DNA from: Prorocentrum cordatum
Lineage: Eukaryota
Length of the DNA stretch: 54,892 nt
Assembly (NCBI GenBank): GCA_963575745.1
Contig: CAUYUJ010000204.1
Location: forward strand, 62,001-116,892
Direction of reading: 5' to 3'
Under the pieces are notes generated by a model, which did not search any database, was not told where the DNA came from, and saw only the letters and a list, made by a program, of their open reading frames with translations. Made by a program: the position numbers and the translations under genes. Below, one piece after another: positions 17,047 to 27,396 of the stretch (its first letter is position 1; every line of letters starts with the position of its first letter).

Positions 17047-17533
17047 CCTCCTCCTCCTCCTCCTCTTCCTCCTTTTCCCCCTTCCCCCTGCCCCCACCTC
17101 CTCGTCATTCCCTCCAAACTCCTCCTCCTTCTCCTCCTGCTCCTCCTCCTCCTCCTCCTCCTCCTCACTCTCCTCCTCCTCCTCCTCCTCCTTCTCCTCC
17201 TCCTCCCTCCCCTCCTCCTCCCCCTCCTCCTCCTCCTCCTCCCCCTCCTCCTCCTCCTCCTCCTCCTCCTCCTCCTCCTCTCCTCCTCCCTCCTCCTCCT
17301 CCTCCTCCTCCACCTCCTCCTCCCTCCTCCTCCCTCCTCCTCCCTCCTCCTCCTCCTCCTCCTCTCCTCCTCCTCCTCCTCCCTCCTCCTCCGCCCCCTC
17401 TCCTCCTCCCCTCAGTTCCTCCTCCCCCTCCTCCTCCCTCCTCCCCCCTCCTCCGCCTCCTCCTCCTCCACCTCCTCCTCCTCCTCCTCGTCCTCCTCCT
17501 CCTCCTCGTCCTCCTTCTCCTCCTCCTCCTCCT
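17047..17533. repeat. (CCT)n microsatellite, left flank of the LINE
   Basis: Seen directly. Confidence 0.95.
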
Positions 17534-17848
17534 AGGCTCCTGGCAGCATTGCCAGACAGGCGCCTCCTAATTCCCATCTGGGTCCGCCCTCGTGGCGACG
17601 AGGCGGGGCGTTCTCCCTCCCTTTTGGCAACATTCACCGTTACATATCAGTTGATAGCTGCCCAGAGCCAGCGCGCTGGTCCGTGACTACAGCTGGCCGC
17701 GGCTGGTCCAACGGCGAAGAGTGCTCGCCGAGAACCAGGTTGGCATCGACAACGAGGGAAGGGAACTACGGACCGACTTTTGGTTCGCCTGTCATCACGA
17801 GACGTCTTTCTCGCTCGGCAGCGGTTACAAAGTCATGATTCGTTCAAT

Positions 17849-19265
17849 ATGTCAGAGTTGCCCTGGCTGTGCATTGCGTGTGGTGTCTCCAACTTTCCTC
17901 AAAGGACTACGTGTCGAGCGTGCGACACGGTGAGGCAGGATATTGGAGTAAACACACGTGCTCGACATGGTCGACTCACAGGAGGCAAAGCTCGCAGCAC
18001 GGGTGCGACGAGTGCTGGAGAGTCTCCTGCCCGATTCGATCGAGTTCCGCCTCCTCCACAGCCTTAGCAGCCCATATTGCGACAGCCGATGAGAGACGCT
18101 GCTCAGGCTCACGGGGAAGATGCGGGTCGAGCAGCGCCACGGCATCATGGCAGGAGGAGTTCTCGGGCTCGCACGAGGTCGCCGTCGGTCACGTTTGCCG
18201 ACGAAGCAGAGTCCGAGCACGAAGGTGTCAACAACAATCATGTCAAGAGCCTCGGCATCATTCCTGCGCTGCCGTCGGAGGCCAGGATGCACGACAATTT
18301 TCTTGGAGAGTTGCATCAAGATGCGTCGGAGGCAGAGCGTCGAGAATATATTTCAGATTGCAGGAATCAGCTGAGGAGTCTCGCGGGGACCATTCGTCTT
18401 CGAGAGAGATCTGGCGGGATGGCACACGAAGAGAAGAAGGTCATGGTACGCTGCAGTGCTCACGGCGATTCACCTTTGCCGGCCTTACAAACAGCAGCGC
18501 TCCCGTCAGGAGGATGCGTTGAAGCGTGCTGTTCAAAGGCAAGAGCTAGTCAGCAAGAAGATGGACGACGCGAAGGAGAGACTTGTCAAACTGGAGGCTC
18601 AATTTTCTTTCGCGGCGGAGTGGGTCCAGCGGCACCAGGTTGCGCCGGGCGAGATTTTGGCAGATGCTCCGTCTGGAGCAGACATGGAGGAAGACGACGA
18701 TATCCCACCAGATGCAGATGGAGACCCGCCAAGAGTTCCTCTTCGTGTGGGTGTTCAGCCGCAGCAGGCCCAGTCACAGAGGGACTCGCACGGAGGTGAT
18801 CCGCAACGTCGTCATCAAGTTCATGCACAACAAGTGCTACCAGGAGTGCTTCCCGACATGGCTGCCGTGCAAAGACGGATTGCAGCGCTCACCACGTCGG
18901 CGTCTTCGTATCAGAGTCAGCTAGCCACAGTCCAAGGCAAGCACGACGCTCTGGTGATGGCGATGGCGCATGGTACTGGACTGGTGCCCCCGCCAGATGC
19001 TCTACATGGAGTTGCTCAGCATGGTCATGGTCCGGTTCAATCTCAGGTCCCGAGCGTCGCAGTGGAGACCAGCCATTCAGATGGTGCAGCTTTGACGTCG
19101 GCGGCTTCGAGCAGCACGTCGAGAACAATCAGTGAGAGCTTCAACGGCTCAGAGGTCTGCCGCGTCCCCAGAGAGCGGCCAGGCTCGCGAGAGTCGAGAT
19201 CGCAGCCGGGATCGCCTGGGGATATCGACCAGAGTAGGCCCATACGACAGCGACGAAGATTTTGA
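17849..19265 (+). pseudogene. LINE ORF1 remnant: N-terminal RanBP2-type zinc finger plus coiled coil
   Basis: ATG at 17849. WLCIACGVSNFPQRTTCRAC (17864-17923) fits W-x-C-x2-C-x3-N-x6-C-x2-C exactly. In-frame TAG at 18065 and a frameshift near 18460, then the heptad-like QEDALKRAVQRQELVSKKMDDAKERLVKLEAQ. Confidence 0.75.
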
Positions 19266-19544
19266 TCGAGCAACTCGGGATGCTCGAGACAGGGCTGCGC
19301 GAGAAGGTGGGTAGCATCCACCCCCGCTCCGATCGGCTTGCCAGACGATCGGGGTGACCAGTTTTTTTTTCAGGCGCTGTCAGGACAGGCTTCGTGCCTA
19401 TGCCGTACATGGCCGGCTGTCTACTGCAGCAATGGGGTCTCCAGCATCATCAGAACTGGCGACCATTCCAGGACTATCTCCTACTTTGCACTCTCGAGTT
19501 CTTCCAGGAACTTACTCCCTGGAGTTTGGATTTGAGAGATGCTT

Positions 19545-19920
19545 CCAGAATCGATGTGTACACTGATGGAAGTAGGGGTACATCTTCTATCCCTCCTGCA
19601 TGGGCTCTCTGTGCTATGGTTGTCTCTCGTGAGGGTGCTTCGCATTTTCTGATGAGTCTGGCTAGCGCGTTTGAGCGTGACAGGTCTTCTGTAGCGCCCA
19701 CGCCGTTGAGCATGGTCTCTGAAGCACTTGCATTTATTTGGGCCATGGCCTGGGCCATGCAGTCACAGTTTCGAGGTGTGTTATTTCAATTTCACATGGA
19801 CAAGGTTGTTGTAATGTATGGTGCACATTGCAAATGGGATATACCACGCGTTTCGCGCATGTACATGATCACGCACGACATCTTCTAAATGAGTACGTTG
19901 ATTCTTTAGCTACGCTGGCT
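19545..19920 (+). pseudogene. LINE ORF2 remnant: RNase H domain
   Basis: IDVYTDGS (YTDGS 19559-19573), SEALAFIWA, FHMD and, after a frameshift, HVHDHARHLLNEYVDSLA (19858-19911). These match the D-E-D-H-D layout of type 1 RNase H. Confidence 0.8.
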
Positions 19921-20189
19921 GGCCTGAGTATCGTCAAAGGTCCGGAGGAGTGCCCCATGGAGCCCCGTATTTTCAGGGTCCTCTCTCGTCTAAGTGGGCA
20001 TGGCTAGAGTTGCTTCAGGGTGACTTGCGCGCCCAATATCCTGAATGGAAGAATGGGAGTCTTATGATTTGGGATCCTGATGGGGAGTCTGCGTGCCCTC
20101 CGCTTGTTGCCTATGTGGGTAATGCACCAGATGTTTTTCCGCATCGTGAGCACTGCCAGGATGTGGAGAGCACTCCTTGCCTGCAAATG

Positions 20190-20990
20190 TGTATGGCTTT
20201 CGCCGACGTCCCCACCCTGCAGAATACTTCGAAAGGAAAACGGATGGTTGGAGCTTTTATTTCAGGACGTCCAAGGTTGCTCGCTGAGCAGTTCATACTC
20301 CAAGGGCTTGGTGTTGTTGGAACTGCAGAGACCAGGGTGCCGCTTCCAGGGTGGGCCAACATAGGCTCCTATCTTGTATTGCATGGGCCTCGGCATGAGT
20401 CAGGTTCGCATGGGTGCTCTCTCTGGTTGCGTCGTGGGATGCAGCTTGTTCCAGGAAGGCCCTACACGGTGATTTCTTGACAGAGACTTACAGTGGTTGA
20501 GGCTATCCCGACGTTGCTCATAGTGAATTTGGCAGTTGCATCGCTCAGCGTTATTTTTTGCGTGGCGCATGCTCCCCACTCGGGGCACTCGGCTTCTGAT
20601 ATCCAAACTTGGTGGAAGTCAGCTACATGTTCTGTCCGCAAAGCTGCTGATAAGGCAGACTTTTTTTTTGCTCCTGGGTGCCGGCGCCACATTGGGAACG
20701 ACGGTCTCTACGTCTCTTGGATCTGTGGGTGCTGCGTTTGAGAATTTTTGTGGTTCGTGTTTCCACCAGTTTCTTCGCGCTCTCAAGCTCTGCGTTCCGT
20801 GTGCGTTCCTGGGACCTGCGTTTGGGCATGAGACGTGGGTGCCTCCTGGAGCGTTGTTCCCAACTAGGCGTATTGACTATGTGGCTGTACCTACTTGCTG
20901 CTTACCTCATGTATCTGGGTCTAGAGTCAATCATGATATTGAGTTGTTTGTTTCCAAAGCCAGATCATCCTCGTGTCCAGCTTGCGATTC
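20190..20990 (+). pseudogene. LINE ORF2 remnant: apurinic/apyrimidinic-type (EEP) endonuclease
   Basis: FADVPTL (decayed ANVxTL, 20202), VVGTAETR (20325), HGCSLW, VAHAPHS, TW...RRIDYV (20869-20880) and PDH (20963), in the expected order across frameshifts. Confidence 0.85.
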
Positions 20991-21799
20991 GACTTCCTGT
21001 TCCTCAGATACGATCATCCAAGGCACTATTTACCAATAGACCCCCTCTGGACCCTGAGTGCATCCGGGATCCTGGCCGCATTGCGAGTTTTTACCAGCAT
21101 ATGATGGCCTTCCCGACACCGCCGTGGCATGTACCTCCTACTGAGCACTGCGCTTTGGTCTCTGCATTGCTTTGTCAACCAGGATGGTCGCGAGACTGAA
21201 TCGTCTAGCTGTGTCAAGGAGGCAGTGCGAACTGTGCGCACTCACCGCCGCGCCTTGCGACAGATTCGCGTCTCTGTTGCGAGGCTCTGGCTTGGTGTAG
21301 TGTTCAAAGCCTGGCATGCTGTCAAGACGCATGGGCCACGCAGTTTTGAAGAAGATGAGCTACCCGAGCAGCACTTGGCTTTGCTGGCTTCTGCAGGTCG
21401 GGTGTAACAGCAGGCCCGTGACAGTATGCAGGCGTTGCTTGGTGTCTTATTTGCTTCGAGTGGTAAATGGGAGCGTCGTGTACTTGGGAAACCTGTCTTG
21501 AGATATCGTTGGTATTCGTTTCTTGGGGATCTTCGAGCTGCTATTGGAGGTCTTACTGGGCCTAAGTCATGGTCGGGGCTGGCGCTTTTGTGCCGAATGC
21601 TGCATCTAAGGGTTCAGGCGTTTCAATACCCATTGCTGGGTCCTTTAAATCGGGCGGCGCACTCAAGGTCCAGGGCCGGGGTGGATGAGAAACTCAATGA
21701 AGTTGCACAGTCCATTGGGGATCTCTGGTCTGCTAGGGAGTTTTGGGGCGCTTTCGCAGCTCTGTGTCGTCTAGGGGCTGCAGGCAAAAAGCATCGTCA

Positions 21800-23200
21800 A
21801 GCTAAGGTACTGCCAGCAGTTCAGGGGCCCGATGGACACCTCGTGGCATCTGTCCAGGAGGCTAACGAGCTTTGGCTTGAACACTTCGCTGCGCAGGAAA
21901 TGGCCGCCAAGATCGAGCCGGCTACTTTCCTGAGTATTTTTCAAGATCGGTGTGTACCTGCAGATGTGGTCTCTCGCAAGCATGCTTGTGTACCTACATT
22001 GCAGGATGTCCATAGAGAGTTGCGGCTGACTAGAAGCAGCGTAGGTGGTGCTGATGGCCTGCATGGCAAGTTTGTGCTTGCTTGTGCTGATTCATTGGCT
22101 GTCGCCTCCTACCCGCCCATCGTGAAAACAGCTCTATTGATATCAGAGCCGCTACAATGGAAAGGTGGAGACTTGTCCCGTATTCAAAAAGCCAGTTTTT
22201 CTGCGTATACTCCTAGCGCTTTTAGATCTATACTGGTAGCTTCACATGTTGGCAAAACATACCATGCATGTCTGAGAAGAAGGCTTATCCCGGCGATGCA
22301 GTCTGCTGTAAGCTCTCATCAGGTTTTTGAGTGCCTGGGCGAGGCACGCAGCTGGCGCTTCTTGCCACGCGTGTGCTGCAGAGAGATGCGCAAGCTGCTG
22401 GTCTCTGTCGGTGCTTTCTTTTTGTTGATGTCATGAGTGCATACTACATGATTATCAGAGAATTGCTTATTAAGACAGATGTTTCCCCATAATCGCTCAC
22501 ATCGTTATTGGAGCAAGCCGGCTTTCCTGCATCATACCTCTCGCTCCTGGTGCAGCGCTTGCAAGAGCTGCCTTCGTTGCACACGCAGGATGTGGATGAT
22601 CATTACAAGGCTATGGTGGAGGTGGCTTGTAGGTTTGGCTGGTTTCAGTTTCCAGGAGCTACGCGTATTGCGGTTACGTTTAGAGGGACCAGACCAGGGA
22701 CCCCTTTTGGTGGCGCCCTGTTTCTGTTCATCACAGCAGAAGTCACAAACAACATAGCTAGAGAGCTCAAGGATATTGGGCTAACCTTTTCATTTGCTGT
22801 GTCATCTGACACTATTTTTGACGACAGTCTAGCAGCTGGCGCAGAGGCTATGTTTCCTGGTATGGTGTATGCAGATGACTCGCTGTATGCATTGCTTGCG
22901 CCTCTTCCAGTGATTGAGGAGGGTCTGGAAGACTTCTGCAGAATTGCCGTTAACTCAGATGCGTGTGTGGGCTTGGTGCCTCACTTGAAGATTGGAAACC
23001 GTAGTTGATGTTAAAGTTGACTGGCCCTGGGTCCGCCAAGTTTCGGCGCCGCGTTTTTCACTCCCTGGGGATGGTATACCCTGTGAGGTCCATGTTTGTC
23101 GGTGGGGGCATACATGTTGTTCGCACAGCTTTACACCTAGGCTCTGTTGTTACGGACCGTGCATTATTGGGTCCTGAACTGGTACGCCGAGAAGCTGAAT
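21800..23200 (+). pseudogene. LINE ORF2 remnant: reverse transcriptase
   Basis: GADGL, EPLQWKGG, FRSILVASHVGKTYH, FVDVMSAYY (22421-22447), RGTRPG (22682), VYADD (YADD 22868-22879), GLVPHLK, HLGS. Confidence 0.92.
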
Positions 23201-23869
23201 CACGCGTACAGCTGTCTGCGCTTAGCAAGGCTTTCGAGAGGGCCACCAACGCATCTATTATACGTAAGTTGACTTTTACGGATTCCCTTGTCATGAATTT
23301 TGCGCTGTATGGAGCAGGTACATTGTATAATATGTTTAGCAGTGACATGAATCGAGTTCGTTCTCAATACGTACGAAGCTATAGGTGTGTGTTGAGATTG
23401 CCGTGCTTCGAGGCTGGAGGCCCTACGGATGAAGACGTCATGTCTGCTGCACTAAGGCCTGTGGTGTCTGTGGTGCTACGGGCTGCTCGGCTTCGATTAT
23501 TCGGGCAGGTCTTGGCAGATCAACCTATCCCTCTTCTGGCACTACTACATGCTGAGCACGTTTAGGCTAACATAATGGCTAAACAGAACTCATGGTTGCA
23601 TCAGATCCTGGAAGATTTTTCCTGGTTAAGATTGTCGCATCATGCTTTCCAGCGAATGCTCGTGCCATCTTCAGACTTCGGGGCTTGGGTTCGGAGGGTT
23701 AACTCTTCCAGGGGTTCTTGGTTGCGTGCAGTTCGGGAGGTTACTAAGGCTGTCGTTGCTAAGGCGAGACGTGATCTGCAAGAACCTCGATGGGAGAAGC
23801 GTCTCCCGAACATGATGAACCGTGAAGGCCTCCCGTCTGCCAGAGACGTGCCTCAGCCTGTTGCGCGGA

Positions 23870-24070
23870 AGAGTTTCAAGTGCCTTTTTTTGTGTTTTTT
23901 CTCTGTAAAATACCTTCCCTTGACGCCCACATTCGGGCTAATCATACTACTCTGTCAGGCATTGCTCGGAGGCGCGTTGCTGAGAATAAATGCCTTGCGT
24001 GTTTAAGAGTTTTTGAATCGAGAGCGCTGCTGGTCAGACGTGTCGCGACCTGGCGTGCGATTTGCATGGT
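23870..24070 (+). pseudogene. LINE ORF2 remnant: decayed C2H2-like zinc fingers
   Basis: SFKC..C...SLDAHIRANH followed by NKCLACLRVFESR...C, disrupted by frameshifts in T runs. Confidence 0.55.
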
Positions 24071-24399
24071 GCTTCATGTTACGCAGGTCCCCCCTCGCAC
24101 TCAAGAAGTGATGAAGGAGTTGGCAGAGAAGGAGAAGCAGGACAATACACTTGCCTTCAAGCGTGGATGCGATTCATCCAGCAGCTAGAGGCCTTAATGC
24201 AATGTATGCGCGTTCGCAGGCACAGCAGTTTTCGCATGCTGTTCTTCTGGATTTTACGGGCTGGTCCAGGAAGGCGCCGGATCAGATGAAGGCAGATGGC
24301 CCCCATGCCCCAGGATCGGTAGACGGTGCTCTTCTAGATTGGCCTTAGGATAGGAACGAGTATACAGGTAGGCTGGTATCTATAGTACATCGCAGACTG

Positions 24400-25150
24400 C
24401 TCCGCCGAGCTGTTTTTGTTGCTCATGTGTTTTGTGGCCAACGCCGTTTTCGGGACATTCAATGTGCTATAGAAACGGCGTGAGAGCTCGTGCTACCTGA
24501 GGTTGAGATAGGTGTCCTGTCTATATATAACTTATTAGATTCTGATGTTGGAGACCTTAGTGAGCCGTCTACTGTTGAGCTTTGGGCGCCTCATATTAAG
24601 GCACGTAGAGTGGCTGTTTTAGGGGGGGGGGCCATGTGAAACATTCTCTGCGTCTCGGTGGAAAGATGGGGGCCCTCCTCCACTGAGGTCCTGGGACGCC
24701 CCATGGGGGCTGGCGGCTTTAACCCCCAGGCAGAGACTCCAAGTACAGGTCGCAAATGGTTTATATATGGCCATTTTAGAACTACTGTGTGTTGCTGCAT
24801 GTGTTGGTGGCGCAGGGTGGGTCGAACATCCAGCGTCACCCACCTGGGAGCCTAGAGCAGTCCCATCATGGTCCTTCCGCCCCACCAAGGCTCTTGCTTC
24901 TGCTCCAGCGTGTTCGTTGGTGTGAGTTTGGCCAGGGGGGTAGAGCACCGACAGGAATTCTGGCCGTCAGGATGCCTTCGCTAGCCACGCTTCTAACAAC
25001 CACTCCAGGAGGAGGTAAGTGTAGCTACGGTCCAAGAGCCCGCGATGTGTCGTTGGGCAAAACGGCCGACGGCTCCTTCCGTGCCTCCAGAAAACAGGTG
25101 TACCCTTCAGCTCTGTGTGCTGTTATAGCGCAAGCCATGCTGGACACGGT
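24400..25150 (+). pseudogene. LINE ORF2 remnant: cytosine-5 DNA methyltransferase-like domain (largely missed by the ORF track)
   Basis: Hand translation: VAHVFCGQRRFRD (motif I, F at 24430), GDL, then GGG-PCETFS (catalytic PC 24632-24637 after a frameshift in a G10 run), PPPLRS..PWG, ANGL, WVEHP (motif VI, 24824), CEFG...APT, YPSALCAVIA (motif X, 25101). Confidence 0.82.
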
Positions 25151-25961
25151 TCTCCCGAATATTGGATTCTGTGAGGAGAATGACAGTGATCAGTGTGAGC
25201 TGCTCAGATTTTTTGTTTCCACGGCTTCCTTCGTTTCCGGGGCTCCGTGTATGGGCCCAGACGTTGCGGTTCCAAGATCCGAGAGGAAGCAGTCCACATA
25301 TTCTAGGATTAGGTCGATTCGTGGTGCTGATAGGGACTTGAGCGATTCCCGTGATAATGATCTTGACAGTCATTCTGTTGCTATGTCATTTGCCAGGGAG
25401 CCCACGCCAGAGACCCCAGGGAACTTTCAAGAGATTCCCGACTTGCGTAATGTTCCCTCTGTTCCCCCTCCACCCTTTCCCCTCCCGTTACCAGAGGCCG
25501 TACTTGCAAGGATTGCGGCTAACAGGGCCGAAGCGGTGCGTCGGTGAGTCGACGCAAGAGACTTCCTATTTTATCTTTAAGCCTGTTTGGGCCACCTCCC
25601 GAGCTGCCGCCACCGGCTGCAGTCCATGAGAAGGTCCAGGTAGATCTCCACAGGTGGTTCAGGACCGCCATCGCAGGAGGCGCAGGCTAGCTTCTTTGTT
25701 GTCTTTGTTGTTGTTTGTATTGGTATGGTGGGACGGATGGATGATGTTATGATGTGTAGTTGTGGGGGGGGATGTACGTGCTTGTGCAGTGTTAGGCTTC
25801 TCTCGTGCTGAGTCAAGTCGGCACTCGGATTCCATATCTAGAGTCGGATGCCGAACCAATTATTTGTGTAGCCCTTCTAAGGGCTACCTCTGGTCTGCAA
25901 GTTAATCAAGTCTTGCATGCCCCCGGCAGTGCCGTCCTGAATGACGGTCTTTCGCGGATCC

Positions 25962-25996
25962 CCGAGTTCCGAGTTCCGAGTTCCGAGTTCCGAGTT
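25962..25996 (+). repeat. (CCGAGTT)5 3' tail of the LINE
   Basis: Five perfect heptamers, immediately followed by (CCT)n. Confidence 0.85.
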
Positions 25997-26154
25997 CCTC
26001 CTCCTCCTCCTCCTCCTCCTCCCCCTCCTCCTCCTCCTCCTCCTCCTCCTCCTCCTCCTCCTCCTCCTCCTCCTCCTCCTCCTCCTCCCTCCTTCTCCCC
26101 CTCCTCCTCCTCCTCCTCCTCCTCCTCCTCCTCCTCCTCCTCCTCCTCCTCCTC
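25997..26154. repeat. (CCT)n microsatellite, right flank of the LINE
   Basis: Seen directly. Confidence 0.95.
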
Positions 26155-26924
26155 GTCCTGGTCCTGGTCCTCCCCCTCCCTCTTGTCCGTTCCGGGCTCC
26201 CCGCTGCGCGTTGGTGGGGGCCCCCAGAGGGAGGCCGGCGCTGCGACGGCAGGCATGGCCTTCGCTGTCGGCGGCGGGGCGCCGCGGCCGCCCGGCTTAG
26301 AGCCAGCCTTGCACGCCCAGAATCCCAGAGATCCGACGCTCCGCAACAAAGTTGAGCGGCGGGGTTTGGGTAATTTTCGGCCTCCAGGGGCCCTCGACGG
26401 GCCTCGCGAGCGTCAAAAAACGATTCACGACGAAAAACCGGCCCTAGGGAAGTGGTCTGGACCCCCAGGGAACACGCATCGACCAAATTGTTGACGCTTC
26501 GCGTATCCCCACCATTGCGCCGGTTCTGCCGTTAGACGGTCTTTCCCGTCTGGTCGCCAGGCTGGGTGTGCTGGCCATCGCGGGCTACTGCGGTTGGGTG
26601 CGGAAACCGAGGTCAGCGCCTCGAGCGGTTCAGCCGTCCGAGGGCCGCCTGCTTTGTTTTCCATGCTTTGCCCGCTTCCAGCCCGCCGGTAGGCGTGAGC
26701 TTGGCTCGGAGTCTGGCGCCGATCCGGCGACTCGCTCCGTAGCTTTGAAATAGTTCATTTTGTACTGTGCATGTGCATATGCAACCTGCGTGCAGGCGCG
26801 TCTCGGCTTGTCATCCTGGCTGCTGCGTTTGCTAATTCGCGGTGTGCCGCTGCCCCAGACACTGCCCTCGCCGCCAGACCGTTGTCGCGCGGCCGCAATC
26901 AAAAAAAAAAAATCCCCACCATTC

Positions 26925-27241
26925 GCCGTTGGCAGTCCTATTTGTGACGAGGTTGCCCGTCTCCACTCTTGCGCTGACACGATGTTTCGACATTTGTGTT
27001 CGTCCACTTCACGGATGTCATCTCGTGGTGTTTGTCGGTTTCGTTCGTCTCTGACGTTGCCGTCGGACGGACTCACACCGAGTGATCGACCTCTACGTGA
27101 TTTTGGTCGCGACGCCGGGCCATTTTGGCTGCGTCTACTCGCTGGTGGCCACCGGGGTTCTCGGACGCCACCGGGAATGGGTCTACCGTCTCCTTTCGCC
27201 CTTCTGAGCTGCCGCCCGTTTGCTGCGCCTGTCTTGCCTTT
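26925..27241 (+). repeat. ~315-bp dispersed direct repeat, copy 1
   Basis: Aligns by eye with 30414-30728 (GAGGTTGCCC..CACTCTTGCGC.GACACGATG..CTTCACGGATGTC..GTTCGTCTCTGACG..GACTCACACCGAG.GATCGACCTCT..CCTTCTGAG..TTGCCTTT). Confidence 0.85.
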
Positions 27242-27321
27242 CAGCTGCTCAGTCGTCCCGGCTAAAGTTTGGTGTTTTTTGACCCGCTGCACGAGGCCGT
27301 TGATTAAAATATCCTCACCGT

Positions 27322-27376
27322 TCCGTACCCCCCAGTGGCTCAAGCCATCTCGGCCCAAGCCCGCCCCTGGCTCAAG
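27322..27376 (+). other. Three tandem dinoflagellate spliced-leader relics
   Basis: TCCGTACCCCCCAGTGGCTCAAG (27322-27344), CCATCTCGGCCCAAG (27345-27359; 12/15 to CCATTTTGGCTCAAG) and CCCGCCCCTGGCTCAAG (27360-27376). ATG follows at 27397. Confidence 0.7.
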
Positions 27377-27396
27377 TGCGCGCTCGGGCCGGGGCC

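Larger units (their letters stand above)
17534..25996 (+). mobile_element. Decayed, apparently full-length non-LTR retrotransposon (LINE) carrying a C5 DNA methyltransferase domain
   Basis: Collinear + strand motifs for RanBP2 zinc finger, RNase H, APE endonuclease, RT (YADD), zinc finger and DNMT. Tandem-repeat 3' tail. (CCT)n on both sides. Many stops and frameshifts. Confidence 0.9.

Noticed and set aside
17534..17760. HDV-like ribozyme at the LINE 5' end
   Set aside because: Hairpins are present (CTGGCA-GCAT-TGCCAG; CTCGT-GGCG-ACGAG), but I could not assemble the nested double pseudoknot by eye. It needs a descriptor or covariance search.
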